DNA of 42,764 nt from a virus. Shown here one piece after another: positions 34,617-41,482 of this stretch. Location of the stretch: IMG/VR virus record IMGVR_UViG_3300045988_053243; one strand, given 5' to 3'. The position numbers and the translations under genes are program-made. Every line of letters starts with the position of its first letter. Positions within the stretch are counted from its first letter, which is position 1. Below the pieces are notes generated by a model. The model did no database searches. It had not been told where the DNA came from and saw nothing but the letters and a program-made list of their open reading frames with translations.

Positions 34617-35414
34617 TTATTTGACTTCTGTTACCTTTCCACCGGACAGCGTGTAGAACACATCTTCCTTGATGGTTTCTCCGTCCACCTTCACAGCCTG
34701 CACACCCAGAATGTGCATTTCGCGGTCTCGCTCTGTAAGCACAAGCCAGCATCCACGCTTGCCGCGTGCCTTGCTTCCGTATCCGGTAACGATAGCAATG
34801 CTTTCCTTCCCTTCAACAGTCGCTGCGCTACAGTATCCGGTGTTCGTCGCTGCGCTACGGTAGCCGGTGTTCGTCGCTGCGCTATAGTAGCCGGTGTTCG
34901 TCGCTGCGCTACGGTATCCGGTGTTCGTCGCTGCGCTACGGTCGCCGGTGTTCGTGGCTGCGCTACCGTTGCCGGTGTTCGTCGCTGCGCTACAGTATCC
35001 GGTGTTCGTCGCTGCGCTACGGTCGCCGGTGTTCGTCGCTGCGCTACGGTCGCCGGTGTTCATGGCTGCGCTACAGTATCCGGTGTTCGTGGCTTTTGCA
35101 TTCTCGAAATCAGCTTTTTCGAGGATAAACTTCACGCCAGCCTTAACCAGCCCGGAAAGCCCGATCTCCGCGTCGGTTTTGATTTTCTTTCCGACGCGCT
35201 TGCTGTCGTCGCCCTTCTGCTCGTTTGCGTCGAGCTCGACCTCGCAGAACCGGCTATCTGCGGGATTGTAATACCGCAGCACATCGAGCGGAAACTCACA
35301 GGCGTGAAAGCCCTCCTCGCAGATTTCCGCCCGCTCGGTTTCGTACTCCTTGCCGACTTCGTACTGAAAGTCCTTGCAGCTCAAGTCCTTGTGGAATCCC
35401 TTGTAGCATTTCAT
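34617..35414 (-). CDS. Repeat protein: conserved N-terminal domain plus 10 nonapeptide repeats (DUF7666-like architecture)
   Basis: ATG 35414 overlaps the upstream stop (ATGA). The N terminus reads MKCYKGFHKDLSCKDFQYEVGKEYE...GFHACEFPLDVLRYY. Ten repeats of SAATNTG[YDN][CRYG] follow, then a C-terminal domain. Confidence 0.7.
   Translation of the reverse strand: MKCYKGFHKDLSCKDFQYEVGKEYETERAEICEEGFHACEFPLDVLRYYNPADSRFCEVELDANEQKGDDSKRVGKKIKTDAEIGLSGLVKAGVKFILEKADFENAKATNTGYCSAAMNTGDRSAATNTGDRSAATNTGYCSAATNTGNGSAATNTGDRSAATNTGYRSAATNTGYYSAATNTGYRSAATNTGYCSAATVEGKESIAIVTGYGSKARGKRGCWLVLTERDREMHILGVQAVKVDGETIKEDVFYTLSGGKVTEVK
34821..35090. repeat. 10 x 27-bp head-to-tail tandem repeat inside the coding sequence
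   Basis: The unit is cgctgcgctacagtatccggtgttcgt. Units 1 and 7, and units 5 and 8, are identical. Variation is confined to two codons per unit. Confidence 0.9.
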
Positions 35415-36043
35415 CCCTTGACTTCCTCCCACTCGAACCGGCCTTTGCCGGAATTTCTCCACTGTCCGATGCCGCGCAGCGCGCCGTAGTCCAGCCACTC
35501 GCGCACCGCTTTTTCGTGTGCGTCGTCCAAGCAGAGGATCGTCATTTCGCACGTCGTGCCCGCCGGGCATTCCTCGCTGCTGCTGAGTGCGGTTCTCTCG
35601 CCCTGCGCGGTCTGCGCACGCAGCGAACGCTGACAGATCGTGATTTCTCCCGGGGTATCGAGGCGAATGCGGCGCGGCTCGACGAAGATCAGGCCGTCGA
35701 TGACCTTTTTGTACGCCGTCAGCTTTCCGGACTCGTTGACCGCCTTGCGCTTCTTTCCGGTCTCCGGGTCCTTGCCGCTGAGACGTGCCAGCATTCCGCA
35801 GGCGTCCTTGAAGAACCCCTTGATCTGGTAGTCCCAGAGAAACGGTGTGCCGTCCTCGTCCTTAGGGAAGATGGTTGTGCCTCGCTCGACGATTGCGTCC
35901 TCGCCGAGTGCCGCGACTTCCTCCGGCAGTGTTGCCGCGTCCGGGCTCTTCGAGCCGATGAACCGGCTGTAGATTTCCGGGTCTGCGGTTGCCGTGCCGA
36001 GAATGCCCTCGGTGAATGTCACGTGAATTTTCAGCTTTTTCAT
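35411..36043 (-). CDS. Hypothetical early protein with RAMP-like motifs
   Basis: ATG 36043 follows aggagg. Motifs are KIHVTFTEGILG, YQIKGFFKDACGML and a C-terminal GIGQWRNSGKGRF (GhGx5GxGxF). Confidence 0.6.
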   Translation of the reverse strand: MKKLKIHVTFTEGILGTATADPEIYSRFIGSKSPDAATLPEEVAALGEDAIVERGTTIFPKDEDGTPFLWDYQIKGFFKDACGMLARLSGKDPETGKKRKAVNESGKLTAYKKVIDGLIFVEPRRIRLDTPGEITICQRSLRAQTAQGERTALSSSEECPAGTTCEMTILCLDDAHEKAVREWLDYGALRGIGQWRNSGKGRFEWEEVKG

Positions 36044-36082
36044 GATTTTTTTGTCCTCCTGTCGTTCCTCAAATTTTGCCGT

Positions 36083-36410
36083 CGCTATGCAACGCATGAC
36101 CTCGCCATGCCATAGCTACGCCAAGCAATGCTATGCCCTCGCTGAGCTGTGCAATGCTATGCCCTTGCTATGCACTGCTACGCCTTGCTCTGCCCTCGCT
36201 GAGCGGTGAAGTGCTATGCCTTGCCCTGGCTGTGCTGCTCAATGCTATGCATTGCCGTTGCTGTGCGCATCTGCGCTGTGCTATGCCCCTGCTATGCTAT
36301 GCCCTGCATTGCCGTTGCCGCGCGGTGAAATGCTTCGCTTCGCCGTTGCCTTGCAATGCTACGCCCTTGCTCTGCCGCGCTTTGCATTGCCCTTGCGCAG
36401 CTAATCTCGT
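36083..36410. repeat. Degenerate non-coding repeat field (GCTAYGC / TGCCCT motifs)
   Basis: About 12 copies of gctaYgc occur, for example at 36129, 36155, 36167, 36176, 36212, 36243, 36279, 36290, 36295 and 36357. A roughly 30-nt unit tgccctcgctgagcKgtgMaRtgctatgcc occurs at 36134 and 36191. attgccgttgc occurs twice. Confidence 0.75.
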
Positions 36411-36541
36411 TTTGGCAGTACGCCGATTTTCTTAGCGCACTCGCTCGGCTTCCTGCCGATCTTTTTCGAGTAAAGCGCCTCGCCGATCGTGCGTTTCTGC
36501 ATCTCGCGGATGACGTTCCACCGTTTTATTCCGTCGGTCAT
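36401..36541 (-). CDS. Hypothetical small basic protein (46 aa)
   Basis: Hand-translated as MTDGIKRWNVIREMQKRTIGEALYSKKIGRKPSECAKKIGVLPKRD, with RBS gaaagggg. Confidence 0.4.
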   Translation of the reverse strand: MTDGIKRWNVIREMQKRTIGEALYSKKIGRKPSECAKKIGVLPKRD

Positions 36542-36623
36542 TGCGTATCGCCCCTTTCCGCGCCATCAGACGTCGTGTGTCGCGTTTTCGCACCCCTCGG
36601 CATGTAATCTCATGCCTGAGTGC

Positions 36624-36785
36624 TTAGCGCCGCTCACAGCGCATCTGAGCGGCTTTCAGCAAAAGTGTCTTGCGCTTGTTCAGCTCGTCCTTGAGAACGC
36701 GGTGGTAAAAGCCCCACCCGAACAGCAGCACGAGCTGCGCGAAGATGCAGGCGAGTACGCCGAAAAGTACGGGGTTGATAGTCAT
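36624..36785 (-). CDS. Small membrane peptide (53 aa)
   Basis: aggagg RBS. The product is MTINPVLFGVLACIFAQLVLLFGWGFYHRVLKDELNKRKTLLLKAAQMRCERR. Confidence 0.55.
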   Translation of the reverse strand: MTINPVLFGVLACIFAQLVLLFGWGFYHRVLKDELNKRKTLLLKAAQMRCERR

Positions 36786-36862
36786 GGTTTTTTCCTCCTG
36801 TCGTGTGTGCGTCCTACTCTCTCGAACGTTAGTGAGAGATAGTTATTGCTTTATTCTTCTGT

Positions 36863-36934
36863 TGCCCTTTGTCTGCCCTCGGTTTGCCCTTGGACTGCCC
36901 TCGGTCTGCCCTTGGACTGCCCTCGGTCTGCCCT
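36863..36934. repeat. Seven TGCCCT motifs at exact 11-bp spacing
   Basis: tgccct starts at 36863, 36874, 36885, 36896, 36907, 36918 and 36929. The 22-bp unit ctgccctcggtctgcccttgga repeats about three times. Confidence 0.9.
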
Positions 36935-37170
36935 CAGACGTTCCCGACGCGCCGCTTTGCAATGTCGCTTGCAACGTCGCCAATGTAGTAGACAACCCGT
37001 CTTTCACCGGGAACTCTCGGTGCACCGATAACCTTCTTTGCGGCCTTTCTGTCGCTCAAACCGTACACTTTCATGCACTGTTCGAGCGTTAGCAGCACCG
37101 CACCGGGGTACTGCTGCAACAGGTCGTTTTTCACTTCCTGCCGCAGTTCCTTGTAGCTCCGTTCCTCCAT
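36934..37170 (-). CDS. Excisionase-family (MerR/AlpA-like winged HTH) small DNA-binding protein
   Basis: 78 aa. LLTLEQCMKVYGLSDRKAAKKVIGAPRVPGERRVVYYIGDVASDI fits the Xis-type HTH pattern. The RBS aaggaggg overlaps the first TGCCCT of the upstream array. Confidence 0.55.
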   Translation of the reverse strand: MEERSYKELRQEVKNDLLQQYPGAVLLTLEQCMKVYGLSDRKAAKKVIGAPRVPGERRVVYYIGDVASDIAKRRVGNV

Positions 37171-37174
37171 GTTC

Positions 37175-37261
37175 TGCCCTCCTTTCGGTTTGCCCTTTGT
37201 TTGCCCTTTGTTTGCCCTCGGTGTGCCCTTTGTTTGCCCTTGCGCTGCATTTCGATGCCCT
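37175..37261. repeat. TGCCCT array, five copies at exact 11-bp spacing plus two flanking copies
   Basis: tgccct starts at 37191, 37202, 37213, 37224 and 37235, plus 37175 and 37256. Degenerate gcc/ttgc repeats continue to about 37320. Confidence 0.9.
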
Positions 37262-37314
37262 GCCCAGCTATGCCGTTGCAGTGTCCTGCTTCGCGTTGCC
37301 TTTGCCTCGCCTTG

Positions 37315-37413
37315 CTAATGCCGCTCCATATGCGTAACGGCGTAGAGCACAAGGAGCACGATTTCTGCGCCCAGTGTGGCAAGCACGCCCGCCACAAACG
37401 GGTTAATATACAT
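37315..37413 (-). CDS. Tiny membrane peptide (32 aa)
   Basis: ggaggtg RBS followed by MYINPFVAGVLATLGAEIVLLVLYAVTHMERH. Confidence 0.45.
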   Translation of the reverse strand: MYINPFVAGVLATLGAEIVLLVLYAVTHMERH

Positions 37414-37483
37414 CGGTATCACCTCCGCTTGTTCGCCCCTTTCCGACCGTGGTATAATAGCCGGGAAAGGAGCATTCGGCACA

Positions 37484-37642
37484 TCATCGGGTTTCTCTTC
37501 GCTTGGGAAACGCTCGTCTGATTTCACCGTCTATATACACGTCGTAGACCTTGCAAAGCAGTGTGCAAACACCGAATCCCAAAGCGAAACCAGCAAGCGC
37601 CGTGCCAAAATCGCCCGATGAACAACATCTTTTTTCATTCAT
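37484..37642 (-). CDS. Small membrane peptide (52 aa)
   Basis: Hand-translated as MNEKRCCSSGDFGTALAGFALGFGVCTLLCKVYDVYIDGEIRRAFPKRRETR, with RBS ggggtgag. Confidence 0.4.
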   Translation of the reverse strand: MNEKRCCSSGDFGTALAGFALGFGVCTLLCKVYDVYIDGEIRRAFPKRRETR

Positions 37643-37676
37643 TGCTCTCACCCCATTTCAGAAAGGATTGTTTTCA

Positions 37677-37922
37677 ATGTTTCATCCAACTAACCCGCAA
37701 AACAAAGCGCAAACACAAGCTGAATTACGCGATTGGGAAATGAAACGCGCCCATCGCGCTAAGCTCGAACGGCGAGAAAATTTCCATTATTGGATAACTA
37801 CCATCCTCGCTGTGCTTGCCTTTATCCTGTCTGTCGCATCGTTGTCATGGCAGGTATACAAAGACCTGCACCCTACCGCTTGTACCACTTGTGCATCAGC
37901 ACAATCAGCACAGCCAGAATAA
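37677..37922 (+). CDS. Small single-TM protein (81 aa), opposite strand
   Basis: aaagga RBS plus ATG 37677. The product begins MFHPTNPQNKAQTQAELRDWEMKRAHRAKLERRENFHYWITTILAVLAFILSVASLSW. Its 3' end overlaps the 37873-37962 minus ORF. Confidence 0.4.
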   Translation: MFHPTNPQNKAQTQAELRDWEMKRAHRAKLERRENFHYWITTILAVLAFILSVASLSWQVYKDLHPTACTTCASAQSAQPE

Positions 37923-37962
37923 CCATTGTTGCGATGTTAAGCGTCATCAGCACTGGATCCAT
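37873..37962 (-). CDS. Tiny membrane peptide (29 aa)
   Basis: gaggggg RBS followed by MDPVLMTLNIATMVILAVLIVLMHKWYKR, directly after the HTH gene stop. Confidence 0.4.
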   Translation of the reverse strand: MDPVLMTLNIATMVILAVLIVLMHKWYKR

Positions 37963-37975
37963 TGCTATCACCCCC

Positions 37976-38185
37976 TCACGCGCTTTCGTTGTGGTCGAAA
38001 CCGATAAGATAGTCAACAGAGCATCCGAACAGGTTTGCAAGCGCCACAAGCCGCGCACACGGTACGTCCGTGCGTCCGTCTTGCCAGTTCGAGTAGGTTT
38101 TCGTGCTCACGCCGATCTGCTTAACGAGTTCTTCCTTCGTCCAGCCTTTACGGCCTCTCTCTGCTTCAATGTTTGGAAACTTCAT
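37976..38185 (-). CDS. XRE-family HTH regulator (Cro-like, second switch)
   Basis: 69 aa. The segment WTKEELVKQIGVSTKTYSNWQDG is an HTH_3 pattern. Confidence 0.8.
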   Translation of the reverse strand: MKFPNIEAERGRKGWTKEELVKQIGVSTKTYSNWQDGRTDVPCARLVALANLFGCSVDYLIGFDHNESA

Positions 38186-38203
38186 TTTATTTTTTCACCT
38201 CCT

Positions 38204-38335
38204 ATATTCGCGCTCTGCGAATATCATGGTTATAGTATATTCTCAATTCGCGAATATGTCAAGCGCTTTCAGAAAAATAATTTACGCATTTTGCGAATAT
38301 TCTTATTGACAGTGCGTATATAGCAGCTATATAAT
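38204..38335. promoter_or_regulatory. Divergent promoters with three GCGAATAT-containing operators
   Basis: O1 is atattcgc-gctct-gcgaatat (38204-38224). O2 is the palindrome attcgcgaat (38246-38257). O3 is ttgcgaatattc (38291-38302). The minus promoter is TTGACA (38262-38257), 17 bp containing O2, then TATACT (38239-38234). The plus promoter is TTGACA (38306-38311), 18 bp, then TATAAT (38330-38335). Confidence 0.65.
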
Positions 38336-38356
38336 ATAGGCAAGCAGAAAGGAGTG

Positions 38357-38755
38357 ATGAAATTGATTTTCGACCGCATAAAAGAACTGCGAGAACAGAC
38401 CGGAATGAGCGCACGAAAGTTCGCGGAAATCATCGGCATAAAGTACACAACGTACTACGGCTACGAAAGCGGAACCAGAGAGCCGGGATCGCAAACTGTA
38501 ACAAAAATATGCAATTATTTCGGCTGTACAGCTGATTACTTGCTCGGTCTCTCAGATGACCCCAAGGGTTATTTTGACGAAAAAGAAACCTCCCCCGCCC
38601 CGGCGAAAGCCGAAGCAGAGGAGGTTGAGAAGTGGCTGACTGATTTACTTGTCGAGCGCGGTTACATCCGCCCTGGCGAGGACATCAGCGACCGAGACGC
38701 CAAGTTTCTGATCCGCTGGATCGGCCTGCTTGACGCATGGTTTGAGAAGGAGTGA
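38357..38755 (+). CDS. XRE-family HTH regulator (repressor-like, second switch)
   Basis: FDRIKELREQTGMSARKFAEIIGIKYTTYYGYESG is an HTH_3 pattern. The start is ATG 38357, or TTG 38363, which has better RBS spacing. Confidence 0.75.
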   Translation: MKLIFDRIKELREQTGMSARKFAEIIGIKYTTYYGYESGTREPGSQTVTKICNYFGCTADYLLGLSDDPKGYFDEKETSPAPAKAEAEEVEKWLTDLLVERGYIRPGEDISDRDAKFLIRWIGLLDAWFEKE

Positions 38756-38977
38756 AAGCGCCGCTTTCACTTCCTCTCGATGTTGACAGCGTGCGATGTA
38801 TTCGGATACCCGTGCGATGTTCGTCATGATTGTACCTCCTGTCATTCTATGGTTTTATGATACGCCTGCACGTCGGGCGTATCAACCAAAACCGTCCGCA
38901 AGTTTCGACTATATTGTATCGAACGCCTGTTCGTTACGCAAGCCTTTGCGTAAAGGCATGCAGAAAATGTGTCGGAT

Positions 38978-39250
38978 TTATGGGACTTGATCGGAAACGC
39001 CATCGTCGGCGAGCTTTTTGAAAAACCGCTCCATGGTTTTCATAAGGTCGTCCGTGCTGGTGTCACAAGTGCCGGTATAAAAGCCGTTGCCTTCGGCGCT
39101 GACAAGCGCTTCTTCGGCAAGGCGGATGAGCTTACCGCGCTGATGTTTGGTAAGCGGAAGCGTGTTGACGTAGTGATAGAGTAATTCAATTCTCTTGCGC
39201 GTATCTTCATCGCGTTTAACGTAGATTGCGCAGCATTCATCGTGCCTCAT
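38978..39250 (-). CDS. Hypothetical protein
   Basis: ATG 39250 follows aaggag. 90 aa. Confidence 0.55.
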   Translation of the reverse strand: MRHDECCAIYVKRDEDTRKRIELLYHYVNTLPLTKHQRGKLIRLAEEALVSAEGNGFYTGTCDTSTDDLMKTMERFFKKLADDGVSDQVP

Positions 39251-39312
39251 GGTTTTGCTCCTTTCGAGTGTATGGCGCATGGGGGTCACGTTTCGTTACT
39301 CCCCCCATGCTT

Positions 39313-39342
39313 GCAGTTTCGGACAAAAATGTCCGTAACTGC
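39313..39342. other. 12-bp near-perfect palindromic hairpin (operator or processing/termination signal)
   Basis: gcagtt-t-cggaca/aaaa/tgtccg-t-aactgc. No T run follows on either strand. Confidence 0.35.
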
Positions 39343-39383
39343 AACTCGGTCAAAATTGTCCAGGTTCGGTAATTGAGTTAGCC

Positions 39384-40172
39384 CTACATGTCTTCCGGCA
39401 TATCCGTGCCGAGGATTTTGTTGAAGAAATATACCTGTCCCTTGCCGGTAATCTTCGGCGTGCGGCTGATGGTGGTGTGACCGTCCGAGTGGGTAATCAC
39501 AGTTTCCTTGATCTCGAACAGTCCGAGTTCCATACTGCGCTGGGTAGGCATATTGTAATCACTGCCATTGCGCTTGACAAGGTAACCGTTTTCACGCAGC
39601 CATGCGAAGAAGCGCTTGCCGCCCATATCCGCGCCGTTCTGACGGAGAATCTTCGCAAAGTCGAAAATCAGGATGGACGTTTTGGACACGGTAACGCCCT
39701 TTGCAAAATGGACGAGCGGTGCGTTGAGTTTCGCCTGTTCAGTAGCGCACGAAATCAGCTTGTCCTTTTCCTCAATGGTTTTCTGAGCTACAAGCAGGGC
39801 TTTTGCCATCAGTTCTTCGGGGCTGAGAGTTTCCTGACCGGTAATGTAGCCGCCGTTCTTGCGGATGCTGGGAATAACGTCGTGCGTAATCCAACGTTTG
39901 AACGCTTTGGCCTCTGGTTTACGAGAGCCAAGGACGAGGGTGTACAGGCCGGGTTCGTTAACCACAGTCTTATTGGGGTTGCCCGGAATACCGTCGGTTA
40001 AAACTACGGTATTCTTCTCGTCGTCATCCAGACGAGCAACCGCATCGCGGCTGTTAATGATGTCCAGCGCCTTGCAAACGTCCGCCGCTACGAACCACGG
40101 CTCGTTCTCAATGTTTAGCGTGCGAACCTCGCCAAATTCAGGGTTAGTAAATGCAATGATTTTGTTATCCAT
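39384..40172 (-). CDS. Antirepressor (Bro-N plus KilAC/ANT domains)
   Basis: The N terminus FTNPEFGEVRTLNIENEPWFVAADVCKALD is Bro-N-like. The C-terminal half is KilAC-like. Confidence 0.8.
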   Translation of the reverse strand: MDNKIIAFTNPEFGEVRTLNIENEPWFVAADVCKALDIINSRDAVARLDDDEKNTVVLTDGIPGNPNKTVVNEPGLYTLVLGSRKPEAKAFKRWITHDVIPSIRKNGGYITGQETLSPEELMAKALLVAQKTIEEKDKLISCATEQAKLNAPLVHFAKGVTVSKTSILIFDFAKILRQNGADMGGKRFFAWLRENGYLVKRNGSDYNMPTQRSMELGLFEIKETVITHSDGHTTISRTPKITGKGQVYFFNKILGTDMPEDM

Positions 40173-40174
40173 AC

Positions 40175-40375
40175 TTAATCCTCCATTTCGATGATGTCAG
40201 TTACCTTTGCACGCAGCGCGTGAGCAATGCGGCCTACGGTTTTGGGCGAACAATTCCCGCGCGCAATCGCGTTACACAAAGACTGGCGGGAGATTCCGCT
40301 AATTACGGCGAACTCGTTCTTCGTAAGCTGGTTTTCCGCAAGCAGAATGTCAATTTTGCTTTTGCTAAGTTTCAT
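40175..40375 (-). CDS. Cro-like XRE-family HTH regulator
   Basis: ATG 40375 follows gaggtg. The HTH segment is LTKNEFAVISGISRQSLCNAIARGN. Confidence 0.75.
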   Translation of the reverse strand: MKLSKSKIDILLAENQLTKNEFAVISGISRQSLCNAIARGNCSPKTVGRIAHALRAKVTDIIEMED

Positions 40376-40422
40376 TTGTGGCACCTCGTTTCTATTTCTA
40401 ATTTTCGTATGTTGCAAGTATG

Positions 40423-40451
40423 ATTATATATTAAATATAGAATCGTGTCAA
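40423..40451 (-). promoter_or_regulatory. Consensus early promoter of the Cro-like operon
   Basis: On the minus strand: TTGACA (40451-40446), a 17-bp spacer, then TATAAT (40428-40423). Inverted aatatag motifs (40434-40440 and 40462-40469) flank the -35. Confidence 0.65.
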
Positions 40452-40486
40452 TGAAATTATACTATATTTCGTAAAGTGGTGAGTAA

Positions 40487-40978
40487 ATGACCGTAGGTGA
40501 ACGGATTAAACAGCAAGCAGAAAAACGAGGAATATCCCTAAAAGAGTTGTCGAAACGCGCGGATATTCCGTACACAACGCTGTATTCTATGGTGAGAAGT
40601 GGTGCGGTTCGTGCATCCCATGACAAGTTAGCGGCTATCGCCAATGCCCTTGAAATCAACGTGAACGAACTAAGCCCTGATGCTTCAATCCGTGTAAACA
40701 GTGCTCCGGAAATGGTGGAGCTACAGCAGAAAGTAGCAGCTGGTCAGGCAACCGAGCAGGAAAAGCAGGCATGGCTCGAAGCCAATCTAAAAGGCTTAGA
40801 GCGTATGCAACACTCAATCGAATTCATGCTGCATGATCTCGCGCAGTATGATGAGACACAAAAAATCGCCCGTCAATCTCGGCTGACGACAATATTCAAT
40901 CAGCTCACCGAGGACGGGCAGGAAAAAGCATTGGATTTCCTTGAAATCATGCTGGGAAATCCGGATTATAAGAAATAA
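40487..40978 (+). CDS. CI-like XRE-family repressor (no S24 peptidase domain seen)
   Basis: VGERIKQQAEKRGISLKELSKRADIPYTTLYSMVRSG is an HTH_3 pattern. The gene is divergent from the Cro-like gene and sits on the integrase side. Confidence 0.8.
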   Translation: MTVGERIKQQAEKRGISLKELSKRADIPYTTLYSMVRSGAVRASHDKLAAIANALEINVNELSPDASIRVNSAPEMVELQQKVAAGQATEQEKQAWLEANLKGLERMQHSIEFMLHDLAQYDETQKIARQSRLTTIFNQLTEDGQEKALDFLEIMLGNPDYKK

Positions 40979-40992
40979 AGGAGGGTTTGGTT

Positions 40993-41376
40993 ATGTTTTG
41001 CAAGCAATGCGGCGCGAAGATCGAGGACGAAAACGCAAAGTTCTGCCCTATCTGCGGCGTAGATGTAAAATCGGAAACGCCCAAAGCGAAAACCGTAAAA
41101 GAACAGCCTGCGAAGGAACAACCCGTAGTTGTTAACGTTACCAACCAGAACACAAACGTTAACTCGCTGGGCATTCCGCAGAAAAGCAAATGGGTTGCAT
41201 TCTTTTTGTGCTTGTTCTTTGGTTTTCTCGGAGTACATCGTTTCTATACCGGAAAAATCGGAACAGGGCTGATTTGGCTTTTTACGTGCGGTTTGTGTGT
41301 GATTGGTTGGATTGCCGATTTAATTTTCATTCTAACCGGATCATATCGCGACAAAAGCGGTTTTCCGCTGAGATAA
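40993..41376 (+). CDS. Zinc-ribbon plus TM2-domain membrane protein (lysogeny-expressed accessory gene)
   Basis: The N terminus has CKQCG...CPICG. The C terminus has the TM2 pattern FLGVHRFYTGKIGTGLIWLFT. It follows the CI-like gene by 14 nt and has an aaggaggg RBS. Confidence 0.75.
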   Translation: MFCKQCGAKIEDENAKFCPICGVDVKSETPKAKTVKEQPAKEQPVVVNVTNQNTNVNSLGIPQKSKWVAFFLCLFFGFLGVHRFYTGKIGTGLIWLFTCGLCVIGWIADLIFILTGSYRDKSGFPLR

Positions 41377-41381
41377 AAAAT

Positions 41382-41411
41382 AACGCCCACTGGCGGCAAC
41401 CAGTGGGCGTT
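41382..41411. terminator. 12-bp perfect stem-loop after the TM2 gene
   Basis: aacgcccactgg/cggcaa/ccagtgggcgtt. The run of A lies upstream, so a T run follows only on the minus strand. Confidence 0.45.
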
Positions 41412-41415
41412 AAGC

Positions 41416-41449
41416 GAGGGTAGTACATTTGAGGAACGTTACTACCCTC
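41416..41449 (+). terminator. Second stem-loop just upstream of int
   Basis: gagggtagta/14-nt loop/tactaccctc followed by ttattat. It could insulate or regulate int. Confidence 0.4.
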
Positions 41450-41482
41450 TTATTATACGACAAAATAGGAGGAAATTCAACA

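Noticed and set aside
34821-35090. Possible CRISPR array (also considered for 36863-36934 and 37175-37261)
   Set aside because: The repeats are contiguous with no spacers. The 27-bp units are in frame inside a gene. The 11-bp units are far too short. No cas genes are present.
36133-37337. Cys/Leu/Ala-rich ORFs on both strands across the repeat fields (36133..36435, 36216..36404, 36843..37025, 36846..37031, 37038..37337)
   Set aside because: They are products of translating the GCTAYGC and TGCCCT repeats. They have no RBS, and the 11-bp periodicity is incompatible with a coding repeat.
38645-38845. Minus-strand ORF with a strong aggagg RBS (MTNIARVSEY...) downstream of the second repressor-like gene
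   Set aside because: More than half of it is antisense to the protein-like C terminus of the 38357-38755 gene. It is kept as ambiguous and not annotated, and could be checked by ribosome profiling.
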